Source: Patescibacteria group bacterium
GTDB lineage: Bacteria; Patescibacteriota; Patescibacteriia; UBA10025; JAHIVO01
DNA: 41,693 nucleotides
Reading direction: 5' to 3'
Assembly (NCBI GenBank): GCA_041650915.1
Contig: JBAZKE010000001.1
Location: 1-41,693, forward strand
Position numbers and translations under genes: made by a program. Of this stretch, positions 17,441-25,821 are shown in pieces. Below the pieces are notes generated by a model, which saw only the letters and a program-made list of their open reading frames with translations, did no database searches and had not been told where the DNA came from. Numbering within the stretch: position 1 is the first letter of the stretch; every line of letters starts with the position of its first letter.

Positions 17441-20194
17441 ATGCCAGGAAAAACCAAAACATTCGTCATCATTGATGCAAACGCGCTCCTGCATCGGAGC
17501 TACCATGCGCTCCCGCCGCTCTCCAATAAGAAGGGGGTGCTTACCAATGCTGCATACGGTTTCACGACCGTGCTGTTTAAGGTGCTTAAAGAATTCAAGC
17601 CGGCGTACGTTGCGGCAGCATACGACCGCAAGGAGAAGACGTTTCGCCACGAGGCGTTCTCAGAATACAAGGCGGGCCGCATAAAGCCGCCGGACGAATT
17701 TTACGAGCAGATACCCATGTCGCAGGATATCCTTGGAGCACTCGGCGTTCCGGTGCTCGAGAAGGCGGGGTACGAAGCTGATGACATCATCGGTACGGTC
17801 GCCGCACAGAATGAGAAGAAAGGGATTATGACCATCATCGTGACGGGGGACAAGGATGCGTTCCAGCTCATCAGCCCGCAGACGAAAGTGTATACGCTGC
17901 GCAAGGGCGTCAGCGATACGGTGACCTACGACGAGAAAGCATTCAGGGAGCGGTACGGGCTTGCGCCCGGGCAGATGGTCGACCTCAAGGCGATAGCCGG
18001 AGATCCGTCGGACAACATTCCTGGGGTTACCGGCATCGGGGAGAAGGGAGCGACGACGCTGCTCAAAAAATTTACAACGGTTGAGGGAGTGTACGAGGAA
18101 ATAAGCAAAAAAGGCGACGCCGCGGATATCACGCCCCGGAATTTGAAGCTCCTGAATGAGTACAAGGAGGATGCGTTCATGAGCAAGAAGCTTGCGAAGA
18201 TCGTGACCGACGCGCCAATTCCGTTTTCCATCAATGATTGCGTTGCCGGTGAGTACGATCGCCGGGCTGCCATCGAGCTTTTTAATGAGCTCGGGTTTAC
18301 GAGTTTGCTCTCACGGCTGCCCGAGCAGAAAAAAGCGGGCACTACACCGCTACCGGACGGAGAGCCCCAGAATACAAAACGGCCGGCCGCCAGAAAAGGA
18401 GCCGCTGCGGAGGTGAGCTATACGTTCGTGAATACGGATAGCCTCTTTGCGGAGTTTCTCACGGCACTCAAAAAGGAAAAAACATTCGCAGTCGATACCG
18501 AATCCACGGGCATTGACCCGTTCCGCGCCAAGCTGCTCGGCCTGAGTTTCTGCTGGGAGGATGGACGGGCGTACTACCTTGATATCAAAGCAAATCCGGA
18601 TTGGCTCAAGCTCCTGAAGCCGGTGCTCGAAAACCTGAAAGTCAAGAAATTCGGGCATAATATCAAGTACGATATCGAAATGCTCGGGCAGGCGGGCATC
18701 GTGCTCCAGCCTGCGAGTTTTGATAGCATGGTCGCGTCGTATCTCATCAATCCCGGTTCGCGCGGCCACGGGCTCGACAACCTTGCGCTTCAGGTATTCG
18801 GATACGAAATGCAGTCCATCACTGAGCTCATCGGCAAGGGCAAGCAGCAGATTACGATGGACCTCGTTCCGGTTGAGCGGGTATCATGGTACTCGTGCGA
18901 GGACGCCGACTACACATACCGGTTGTGCCGTTATTTTATTCCTGAGCTCGAAGAGAAATCCGTCGATGCGCTCATGCGCGATATTGAGATGCCGCTCGTG
19001 CCGGTGCTTGCGTCCATGGAGGCGAACGGCGTTAAGATTGATACCGCCTTCCTTGAAAAAATGTCGCGCAGCGTCGGCCGGAAGCTCGGCCAGCTTGAGA
19101 AGGAGATCTACGATGCCGCCGGGACCACCTTTAACATCAATTCCCCGCAGCAGCTCAAGGAGGTTCTCTTCGAGAAGCTCGGCGTTTCGTCCGATGGCAT
19201 CAAGAAAACCAAGACGGGAATATCGACCGCAGCTTCTGAGCTTGAAAAAATGAAAGATGCCCATCCGATCGTGCCGCTCATTTCGGATTACCGGGAGCTC
19301 GGGAAGCTCCAATCCACCTACCTTGAAGCGCTTCCGAAGCTCGTCAATCCGAACACAAAACGTGTTCACACGAGCTTCAACCAAACGGTCACCGCGACCG
19401 GTCGCCTCTCATCGTCGGACCCGAATTTTCAAAATATACCCGTCAGGACTGAGGAGGGAAAAAAAATCCGTAATGCATTTATCGCCGAGCGGGGTTTTTC
19501 AATCGTCGCGGCCGACTACTCCCAGATCGAGCTCCGGATCGTGGCATCGCTCGCCGGGGATGAGAAGATGATCGCAGCTTTTAAAAATGGCGAAGACATT
19601 CACCGGCGGACAGCGGCTGATATTTACAACATACCCCTTGAGCAGGTAACGAAGGAGCAGCGGTATGAGGCCAAGGAGGTAAACTTCGGGATACTCTACG
19701 GCATGGGAGCGTGGGGCCTCGCGGCGCGGAAGAAGATGACCCGCGAGCGCGCGCAGGCATTCATCGAGAAGTACTTTGCCGCACATCCGGAAATACAGGA
19801 GTACATTGCGGCGACGATCAACCTCGCACATGAGCAGGGGTACGTCGAGACGCTCTTCGGGCGCCGCCGGTACCTCGAGGAGATTAATGCGTCGAACCAA
19901 CAGATTCGGGCTGCGGCGGAGCGGATGGCCGTGAATATGCCGGTGCAGGGGACTGCAGCCGACCTCATGAAGATCGCGATGATCGCCATTCACCGGAAAC
20001 TGCCTTCCATGAGCAAAAAAGCGAGGATGATACTCCAGGTCCACGATGAGCTCGTATTTGAGGCGCCGGATGCAGAAGCGGAAAAGGTTGCCGCATTCAT
20101 CGCCCGGGAAATGAATACGGTGCACGAGCTCAAGGTTCCGATCAAGACTGATATAGCGGTCGGTAAATCGTGGGGTGAGCTCAGGGAAATCTAG
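17441..20194 (+). CDS. polA: DNA polymerase I (5'-3' exonuclease, 3'-5' exonuclease and polymerase domains)
   Basis: FVIIDANALLHRSYHAL (5' nuclease). FAVDTESTG (Exo I). Polymerase motifs DYSQIELRI, KEVNFGILYGM, QVHDELVFE. Start set at ATG 17441; the tracked 5' extension overlaps the RNA A promoter. Confidence 0.96.
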   Translation: MPGKTKTFVIIDANALLHRSYHALPPLSNKKGVLTNAAYGFTTVLFKVLKEFKPAYVAAAYDRKEKTFRHEAFSEYKAGRIKPPDEFYEQIPMSQDILGALGVPVLEKAGYEADDIIGTVAAQNEKKGIMTIIVTGDKDAFQLISPQTKVYTLRKGVSDTVTYDEKAFRERYGLAPGQMVDLKAIAGDPSDNIPGVTGIGEKGATTLLKKFTTVEGVYEEISKKGDAADITPRNLKLLNEYKEDAFMSKKLAKIVTDAPIPFSINDCVAGEYDRRAAIELFNELGFTSLLSRLPEQKKAGTTPLPDGEPQNTKRPAARKGAAAEVSYTFVNTDSLFAEFLTALKKEKTFAVDTESTGIDPFRAKLLGLSFCWEDGRAYYLDIKANPDWLKLLKPVLENLKVKKFGHNIKYDIEMLGQAGIVLQPASFDSMVASYLINPGSRGHGLDNLALQVFGYEMQSITELIGKGKQQITMDLVPVERVSWYSCEDADYTYRLCRYFIPELEEKSVDALMRDIEMPLVPVLASMEANGVKIDTAFLEKMSRSVGRKLGQLEKEIYDAAGTTFNINSPQQLKEVLFEKLGVSSDGIKKTKTGISTAASELEKMKDAHPIVPLISDYRELGKLQSTYLEALPKLVNPNTKRVHTSFNQTVTATGRLSSSDPNFQNIPVRTEEGKKIRNAFIAERGFSIVAADYSQIELRIVASLAGDEKMIAAFKNGEDIHRRTAADIYNIPLEQVTKEQRYEAKEVNFGILYGMGAWGLAARKKMTRERAQAFIEKYFAAHPEIQEYIAATINLAHEQGYVETLFGRRRYLEEINASNQQIRAAAERMAVNMPVQGTAADLMKIAMIAIHRKLPSMSKKARMILQVHDELVFEAPDAEAEKVAAFIAREMNTVHELKVPIKTDIAVGKSWGELREI

Positions 20195-20195
20195 G

Positions 20196-20226
20196 AAAAG
20201 AAAAAGCCAGACCCGGGAGCCTGGCT
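20196..20226 (-). terminator. Terminator of the 20254-20592 gene (hairpin shared with the polA 3' end)
   Basis: AGCCAG-acccgggagc-CTGGCT. The U-run occurs only on the minus strand (TTTTTCTTTTCC). Confidence 0.65.
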
Positions 20227-20253
20227 TGCAGAGAGGTTCGTCGTTGAGCGGGT

Positions 20254-20592
20254 TTAGTCTTTGAAAAGGTCGGGATGAATGGTAACCGTATCGCCTTGCC
20301 GTAGGAGGATCTCTTTTTTACAGAGGCTCACAATGTGCTCGAGGGCAATATTCCCGTTTGTGATTTTTTTGCTAACCGCCTGGGTGACGGAGACGACGGT
20401 CGGCGCCTTGTGGGTGAGCGTTTCGAGCGCAAAGACCGCGAGCGCAATCGGAGGTTGCGTGAACGGGGCAACCAAAATGATATCCATAGTTCTGTCGATC
20501 GCCTCGTCAAGGCTGAGCGCCCGGCTTGGCCTTGTGAGCTCCTCTTGTAACTGCCGGAGCTTTGCCTGAATAACGTTTTTTGTGTACGGCAT
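20254..20592 (-). CDS. Hypothetical protein (112 aa)
   Basis: ORF with its own promoter and an AAAGG SD-like element. No recognisable motif. Confidence 0.6.
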   Translation of the reverse strand: MPYTKNVIQAKLRQLQEELTRPSRALSLDEAIDRTMDIILVAPFTQPPIALAVFALETLTHKAPTVVSVTQAVSKKITNGNIALEHIVSLCKKEILLRQGDTVTIHPDLFKD

Positions 20593-20659
20593 TATCTGAA
20601 CCGCCTTTCTCTAAGCGTTTTGGATGATCGTACTGTTGTTTGTTTGAAGTTTACGCTGT

Positions 20660-20688
20660 ACAATAACGCATACTGATACATTTGTCAA
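20660..20688 (-). promoter_or_regulatory. Promoter (TTGACA-17-TATTGT) for the 20254-20592 gene, interleaved with the holA promoter/start
   Basis: Reverse complement is cgccTTGACAaatgtatcagtatgcgtTATTGTacag. The plus strand carries TTGTTT-17-TACAAT (20636-20664) for holA. Confidence 0.6.
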
Positions 20689-20693
20689 GGCGT

Positions 20694-21689
20694 ATGATTA
20701 TCTTTCTGTACGGCCCGGATACGTACCGCGCGCACGAGCGGCTCCACTTTTACCGCGAGGGCTTCAAAAAGAAATACGATCCCAAGGGCTTGAACGTGAG
20801 CTACCTCGACGGCGAAAAGCTCTCGGTCGAGGAGTTCCGCAAGAATGTTTCCCAGGTCGGCTTTTTGGCTGAGAAGCGATTTACCGCGATTGAGAACGTC
20901 ATCACGAAAAATAAGGGCAAAAAGGTGCAGGAGGCGATCGTTGAATACCTCGATACCGACTGGTCAAACGACAACGTGGTTGTTTTCCTTGAGGCAAGTA
21001 TCGAAGAGGCGGGGAGGAAGCGGAAGGCGGGCGGCATGGCGAGCCAGCCGCTCTACCAGCGCCTGTCACAGGAGAAGGTTGAGGAGTTTCCGCTTCTCAC
21101 CGGCGCACAGCTCAATCGCTGGATCGGCGAGGAGGTTAAGAGGCGGGGCGGTACGATCGCGCAGCCAGCCGTCACCGAGCTTGCGGCGCTCGTCGGTTCT
21201 GACCTGTGGAACATGAGCACGGAGCTGGACAAGCTCGTCGGCTACCGCGGCAAGCGTGAGATTTCCGTGCAGGATGCGCAGCTGCTCGTCAAGGCGAAGT
21301 TCGATGAGAATATCTTCCACCTCACCGACGCGCTCGCCGCTAAGAACGCGAAACTCTCATTCAAGCTGCTGCATGACCAGCTCAACCTTGGGAGCCACGA
21401 GCTGTATATACTGACAATGCTCATCAGGCAGTTCCGGATCCTGCTGAAGGTGAAGGAAATCATCGGCCAGGAGCCGAATTACTATACGGTTGCGTCACGG
21501 CTGCGGCTCCATCCGTTTGTGGCGCAGAAGGCGGTCCGCGATGCGGGGAAGTTTGCCTTCAGCGAGCTGAAGGCTGCGTACGCGCAGCTCTTGTCGATTG
21601 ACGTGAAAATCAAAACGAGCCAGATTGATCCCCGGCTCATGTTTGATCTCTTTATTACGCGCATCTGCGCAGAGCAGGCTGCTACGTGA
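20694..21689 (+). CDS. holA: DNA polymerase III delta subunit
   Basis: N-terminal MIIFLYGPDTYRAHERL and a ~330-aa helical architecture typical of HolA. Start at ATG 20694. The call rests on weak family resemblance and length. Confidence 0.7.
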   Translation: MIIFLYGPDTYRAHERLHFYREGFKKKYDPKGLNVSYLDGEKLSVEEFRKNVSQVGFLAEKRFTAIENVITKNKGKKVQEAIVEYLDTDWSNDNVVVFLEASIEEAGRKRKAGGMASQPLYQRLSQEKVEEFPLLTGAQLNRWIGEEVKRRGGTIAQPAVTELAALVGSDLWNMSTELDKLVGYRGKREISVQDAQLLVKAKFDENIFHLTDALAAKNAKLSFKLLHDQLNLGSHELYILTMLIRQFRILLKVKEIIGQEPNYYTVASRLRLHPFVAQKAVRDAGKFAFSELKAAYAQLLSIDVKIKTSQIDPRLMFDLFITRICAEQAAT

Positions 21690-21945
21690 GCTTATTGAGC
21701 CCCTTGGTCAGCCTCGATTTGAGCCGTGCGGCTCTGTTTTTTTTGATAACCTTGTTCTGTGCGGCCTTGTCGAGCTTTTTTACCGCCCGCTTGAGCGCGT
21801 CCGCAGCTTTTGTCTTGTCCTTCAGGCTGAGCGCAGTGCGGGTTTCCTTGATGATTGCCTTGAGCCTTTCTTTTACCGCCCTGTTCTGAGCTGTTTGGCG
21901 CTTGGTTTGGCGTACGTGTTTGAATCCAGCTTTTTGAATTGGCAT
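21682..21945 (-). CDS. rpsT: 30S ribosomal protein S20
   Basis: MPIQKAGFKHVRQTKRQTAQNRAVKERLKAIIK..., a basic 87-aa S20 pattern. Confidence 0.92.
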   Translation of the reverse strand: MPIQKAGFKHVRQTKRQTAQNRAVKERLKAIIKETRTALSLKDKTKAADALKRAVKKLDKAAQNKVIKKNRAARLKSRLTKGLNKLT

Positions 21946-21982
21946 GGTCGTTCGATACGGTTAGTTACTTTTACGTGCCCGT

Positions 21983-22011
21983 AGTGTAGCAGAAGTTTTT
22001 TTATTGGGCAA
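21983..22011 (-). promoter_or_regulatory. Promoter for rpsT (TTGCCC-17-TACACT)
   Basis: Reverse complement is cccaTTGCCCaataaaaaaacttctgcTACACTacgg, starting 5 nt after the upstream stop codon. Confidence 0.55.
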
Positions 22012-22015
22012 TGGG

Positions 22016-22948
22016 TCAGATGGAGATGTCGAGCACGGGGTAGCTTTTCCAGTCCGGATCGGAGAAGTGCCACCACTCGCTCTCGAGCGGCACAAATCCT
22101 TCTGCGGCCATGAGGCGTTCGAGCAGGCGCATGTTCTTCCGCTCTTCCGGGGTGTGCCCCGGAAAATTTCTGTGCGCGCGGCGGGAGAATTTATCGAATG
22201 AGGTCGGCATCGGCAGCTGGCGCCCCTGTTCGTCGACGACCGTGCAGTCGATGGCGGCTGCACGCGTGTGGAACGGGCCGGTTGCGGGATTGCCGATGTA
22301 CCGCTCGTCCGGCACCGCTTGCCACATCTGCTTCTGCACCGAGAGGGGCCGGTACGCGTCCCATACCTTGAGCCGGCAGCCGCGCGCCCTGAGTTTTTTT
22401 TGTACGCGGGAGAGCTTCTTCGCGATATGCTCGCGGGTCAGGATAATGCTGTTTTGGTAGAGCGGTTTTTTCAAGAAGTTTCTCCTCGTCGCGTACCGGG
22501 GTTCAGTGATGATCGTCGGATCGATGTTCTTGAGTGCGACGAGCCCGTTTTCGTGCAGCTTCGAGGTGCGGTACCGCTCCTGATTGAATTGCCTGAGCCG
22601 GATAATCTGCGGATAGAGGCCGCGGAGTGCAAGCTTTTTTTTGAGGTCCTCCGTGAAAGCAATCTGGTCGTACCCGAGGCAGAGCACGTCCGGCTTGAGC
22701 GCCTCGACGACTTTGAGCTTGTCGCCGCGGTTGCCGAGCAGCACGCGATTCGCGATCCGGAGCTTCTTGAGGTTCTCGACGCGCTCAGTCTCCGTAAAGA
22801 ACGGGCGATACCCCTTGACCCGCTCGACGGTGCTGTCCCGCGCGACGACCGCAACCAGAAAATCGCCGCACCGCCGCGCTTGCTTGAGGGCCTTGAGGTG
22901 CGCGGGGTGGATGATGTCGTACGTGCCGGTGACGAGGACCTTTTTCAT
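22016..22948 (-). CDS. Fusion protein: N-terminal cytidylyltransferase-like nucleotidyltransferase (RibL/TagD family) + C-terminal D-Ala-D-Ala dipeptidase (VanX/DdpX, M15D)
   Basis: N-terminus: MKKVLVTGTYDIIHPAHLKALKQARRCGDFLVAVVARDSTVERVKGYRPFFTETERVENL...KPDVLCLGYDQ (HxGH-type motif HPAH). C-terminus: LKVWDAYRPLSVQ, FHTRAAAIDCTVVD, PMPTSFDKFSRRAH, ESEWWHFS (VanX zinc/catalytic motifs). Start at ATG 22948. Confidence 0.85.
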   Translation of the reverse strand: MKKVLVTGTYDIIHPAHLKALKQARRCGDFLVAVVARDSTVERVKGYRPFFTETERVENLKKLRIANRVLLGNRGDKLKVVEALKPDVLCLGYDQIAFTEDLKKKLALRGLYPQIIRLRQFNQERYRTSKLHENGLVALKNIDPTIITEPRYATRRNFLKKPLYQNSIILTREHIAKKLSRVQKKLRARGCRLKVWDAYRPLSVQKQMWQAVPDERYIGNPATGPFHTRAAAIDCTVVDEQGRQLPMPTSFDKFSRRAHRNFPGHTPEERKNMRLLERLMAAEGFVPLESEWWHFSDPDWKSYPVLDISI

Positions 22949-22957
22949 ACCGGAGTA

Positions 22958-22966
22958 ATTATAGCA
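22958..22966 (-). promoter_or_regulatory. Extended -10 box (TGcTATAAT) 9 nt upstream of the fusion-gene ATG. Leaderless-type arrangement.
   Basis: Minus strand reads cctgcTATAATtactccggtATG. No SD. Confidence 0.55.
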
Positions 22967-22979
22967 GGTACGCCGCGCT

Positions 22980-23009
22980 TTGACAGGATTCGTGCATTCG
23001 GTGTAAGAT
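22980..23009 (+). promoter_or_regulatory. Promoter for purF (TTGACA-18-TAAGAT)
   Basis: ctTTGACAggattcgtgcattcggtgTAAGATgaacc. Same -10 hexamer as the prs promoter. Confidence 0.65.
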
Positions 23010-23078
23010 GAACCTTCTCTCAAAAACTGAAATCAATAAAAAACGCTGCTTTGACAGCGATATAGATTGGAGGAAATC

Positions 23079-24488
23079 GTGTCGGATAAGTTGCAGCATG
23101 AATGTGCCGTGGCAGCCGTTTTTGGTACTCGATCCGCCGCGGTGCTTACCGTGAAGCTGCTGTATATGTTGCAGCACCGGGGACCGCAGGCGTCGGGCAT
23201 CGCGTCGTGGGACGGTGAAGTGCCGATTCTGTACAAGCGTCCGGGTCTCGTGCGCTCGATTTTCGGCCCTACGGTGGTTGAAAAATTGACCGGTCGAGTC
23301 GCGATCGGGCATAATCGGTACTCAACGTGTGGCGGTAACGATGACGTTGCCATTCAGCCCCATATCGTCGACAATATTGTCGGAGCGAGCAACGGCGACG
23401 TACCGCGGTATACGTATCTGCGACAGTGGCTCCTCGATAAAAAGTGTGAGCTGAAGTCGCACAATGACGGCGAGGCGATCGTTGCGCTCGTGGCATACCA
23501 CCTTCGTCAAAGCCTCGAACCGCTCGAAGCGATTCGAGCCACTATGGGTCATCCCGATCTCGAGGGCGCCGCATACTCTTGCGTTTTCATCATTAATGGT
23601 GAACTGTGGGCATTCCGTGATCCTTACGGAATCCGTCCGCTCGCGCTCGGGCGGTCAGGCACCATGTATGTGGTCGCTTCCGAGACGAATGCGTTTCGGA
23701 TCGTCAATGTGACGTACATACGGGACATCGCTCCCGGGGAGATTTACCGCATTAACGCGTCCGGTGGTGAAGGTTTTCCGGGTCCATCGGTGCCAGAGCG
23801 GCGGCAGTGCGTATTCGAGCTCATTTACTTTGCCTATCCGGGCAGTAAAGTTTTTGGAATCTCCGTTTCGGATTTCCGAAAACAACTCGGTGCGCAGCTC
23901 GGTGAGCTGTACCGTAATGTTATTACGGCAGATCCGTCTGAGTATGTCGTCGTGTCCGTGCCTGATTCGGCAAACAGTATTGGGCTCGGATTTGCTCGGT
24001 CGAGCGGTTTGCCGCTTGATTTTGGGCTTCTCCGGGGTCACTTCGCTGGCCGTGGATTTCTCGAAGACGACCAAGCCAAGCGGGACGATACCGCGATCTT
24101 CAAGTACAATCCTGATCCGGCCGTCGTTAGTGGCAAGCGAGTTATTCTCGTCGACGATTCGATCGTTCGTTCGACGACGATGCGGAAGCTCGTCAGGATG
24201 ATACGTGGGGCGGGTGCTGTCGAGGTCATCATCCTAATTGGTTCGCCGCCGGTAGTAAGCCAGTGCTTTTTCGGGATCAACACGCCGACTCGTTCCGAGC
24301 TTATCGCGACGAGCAAGAGTGTGGAGGAAATCCGCCTGAAGATTGAGGCTGACGTGCTCCGCTATTTGAGCATCCCTGCACTCCGGTGCTGTCTTCCCGA
24401 GAATGGCAAGCATTTCTGCCTTGGGTGTTTTGACCCTGATACGTATCCGTGCCTGGATCGGATTCCCGGGGAAAAGTTTCAAGCGTAG
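23079..24488 (+). CDS. purF: Amidophosphoribosyltransferase (glutamine PRPP amidotransferase), propeptide and Fe-S type
   Basis: Propeptide then nucleophile Cys (KLQHECAVAAVFG). HNRYST. PRTase loop VILVDDSIVRSTT. C-terminal CFFGINTP and CLGCF...C cysteines. GTG 23079 lies 5 nt after GGAGG. Confidence 0.93.
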   Translation: MSDKLQHECAVAAVFGTRSAAVLTVKLLYMLQHRGPQASGIASWDGEVPILYKRPGLVRSIFGPTVVEKLTGRVAIGHNRYSTCGGNDDVAIQPHIVDNIVGASNGDVPRYTYLRQWLLDKKCELKSHNDGEAIVALVAYHLRQSLEPLEAIRATMGHPDLEGAAYSCVFIINGELWAFRDPYGIRPLALGRSGTMYVVASETNAFRIVNVTYIRDIAPGEIYRINASGGEGFPGPSVPERRQCVFELIYFAYPGSKVFGISVSDFRKQLGAQLGELYRNVITADPSEYVVVSVPDSANSIGLGFARSSGLPLDFGLLRGHFAGRGFLEDDQAKRDDTAIFKYNPDPAVVSGKRVILVDDSIVRSTTMRKLVRMIRGAGAVEVIILIGSPPVVSQCFFGINTPTRSELIATSKSVEEIRLKIEADVLRYLSIPALRCCLPENGKHFCLGCFDPDTYPCLDRIPGEKFQA

Positions 24489-24506
24489 CTTGAAACTAAT
24501 TTGTCA

Positions 24507-24540
24507 GGAGCCGCTTGTCCCATGCAAGAGGCTCCTTTTT
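24507..24540 (+). terminator. Intrinsic terminator of purF
   Basis: AGGAGCC-(16)-GGCTCCT followed by TTTTTATTT. Confidence 0.85.
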
Positions 24541-24571
24541 ATTTGACCATCCGGTCAAATGTTGGTACCAT
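24541..24571 (+). promoter_or_regulatory. Promoter TTGACC-17-TACCAT whose -35 lies within the palindrome ATTTGACC-ATCC-GGTCAAAT (24541-24560)
   Basis: Seen directly: 8-bp perfect arms with a 4-nt spacer. Located upstream of the 24647/25244 gene pair. Confidence 0.55.
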
Positions 24572-24646
24572 GATCCAATATTCAAATAGAAAGATAATCG
24601 TTAATTCACAAAAATCCATACAAAACCCAAAGGAAGGGGGATCACT

Positions 24647-25231
24647 ATGCCAGTTCGTGAGAAACTCAGGCCGGATGAGCCATTCCGAGGCTTTCTCGCA
24701 ATTATGTTCGGCGGCGCAAACACACTGCAGCTGGATGACGTCGGCAGCGTCTACAGGGGCAACGAGATTGAGATTACAGACCTCATCGTGGCGGGCAAGA
24801 TGAACGGGTCATTCACGTTCGACATTGTTGCCCAGAATGTTCCGGACAGCTACCTCGGCAGCGGAAACCGCGCCAATCTTGAGTCTTGGCTGCGATTGTG
24901 GCGGGTTCTCATTTTCTTCACCCACCACTACCAGATGAAGCCGATGCTGGGATTGTCGGAGCAAGCCGGCCGTGGCGCGCCTCCGGACCGAAATTCTGGC
25001 AGTCAATCGCCACGGCAGCCCCATAGCGGGAGCGTGAGGAAGCAGATCATCGACCAGCTTGGCAGCGGGAGCACTAAAGCAGCGCTTCAAAAACTCTCCG
25101 AGATAAAGGGGGATAGAACGTGGAAGGATGTTCCGGCCCTTCTCGCGAAGGCGCCGTACGATATCGTGATCACGTACGGTTATCTCAATTCCCTGATGAC
25201 CGGCCTGAGGAAAGAAGCAGAAAGTGAGTAG
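24647..25231 (+). CDS. Hypothetical protein (194 aa): N-terminal globular part, G/S/P/Q-rich linker, short C-terminal helical part
   Basis: GGAAGGGGG 8 nt upstream of the ATG. Flanked by plus-strand terminators. The long opposite-strand ORF looks like an Arg-rich shadow frame. Confidence 0.6.
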   Translation: MPVREKLRPDEPFRGFLAIMFGGANTLQLDDVGSVYRGNEIEITDLIVAGKMNGSFTFDIVAQNVPDSYLGSGNRANLESWLRLWRVLIFFTHHYQMKPMLGLSEQAGRGAPPDRNSGSQSPRQPHSGSVRKQIIDQLGSGSTKAALQKLSEIKGDRTWKDVPALLAKAPYDIVITYGYLNSLMTGLRKEAESE

Positions 25232-25243
25232 GAGGCAGTGCAG

Positions 25244-25750
25244 ATGAATAGTCCCAGCAGGGGTTCGCCAATCCTCCCTCCTCTCGCAGATATCGAGAAC
25301 ATGGTGCGTGTGCTGAAGCTCTACGGTAACGGCTGCCGGTACGACCGTTCGCCTATGCGTTCGCTGCTTATTGGGTGGCATCAACGCGGCGAGCACTGCC
25401 TCCAGTCCATTGCCTCGCGGTGGGATATTCCCATGAGCATGCTTGAGCGGTGGCTGCAGCTCTTCCAGGTTGAGATTGAGGAGCGAATTGAACGAGCTGC
25501 CCGCGAATCCAGAGGGCACCCTGTGCCGAGGCCGCCGCGCGATGACGACCACGTTACGTTGCGATCGTCGCAAATCCAGCTGGTCATCAAGAAAATATCG
25601 CACCGTTACATCCAAACCGGCTCGTGGGGCATTGTCGCTGGCGAGCTGCACGCGACTCTCGAAGAGCTTCGAGTGTGGGCTCGACAACACCTCGCGTCCA
25701 TGGGATCGTTCGGGCTCAACAGCGTACAGCTCAAGATACTGCTTGAGTAG
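25244..25750 (+). CDS. Hypothetical protein with two helix-turn-helix-like segments
   Basis: GGAGG 8 nt upstream of ATG 25244. The segments SIASRWDIPMSMLERWLQLF and IVAGELHATLEELRVWARQH resemble the x-I-A-x-x-x-x-[IV]-x-x-x-T-L-x-R-W HTH of transposase/terminase-small-type DNA binders. This is a by-eye call. Confidence 0.55.
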   Translation: MNSPSRGSPILPPLADIENMVRVLKLYGNGCRYDRSPMRSLLIGWHQRGEHCLQSIASRWDIPMSMLERWLQLFQVEIEERIERAARESRGHPVPRPPRDDDHVTLRSSQIQLVIKKISHRYIQTGSWGIVAGELHATLEELRVWARQHLASMGSFGLNSVQLKILLE

Positions 25751-25775
25751 CCTGCTTTTTTTTGGAGGATTCATC

Positions 25776-25821
25776 AGCCCCGCCATGCGTATTCACGGGA
25801 GTACAAGTGGCGGGGCTTTTT
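25776..25821 (+). terminator. Intrinsic terminator after the two-gene cassette
   Basis: AGCCCCGCC-(24)-GGCGGGGCT followed by TTTTT. Confidence 0.7.

Noticed and set aside
22268-23011. 247-aa plus-strand ORF
   Set aside because: It is antisense to the cytidylyltransferase-VanX fusion, whose motifs are unambiguous. The composition is an Arg/Leu/Glu/Pro-rich shadow.
24809-25786. 325-aa minus-strand ORF spanning both cassette genes
   Set aside because: It is extremely Arg-rich and has no SD. It would read into plus-strand terminators at both ends. The two plus-strand ORFs each have a well-spaced GGAGG-type SD and a promoter. Kept as an alternative to test.
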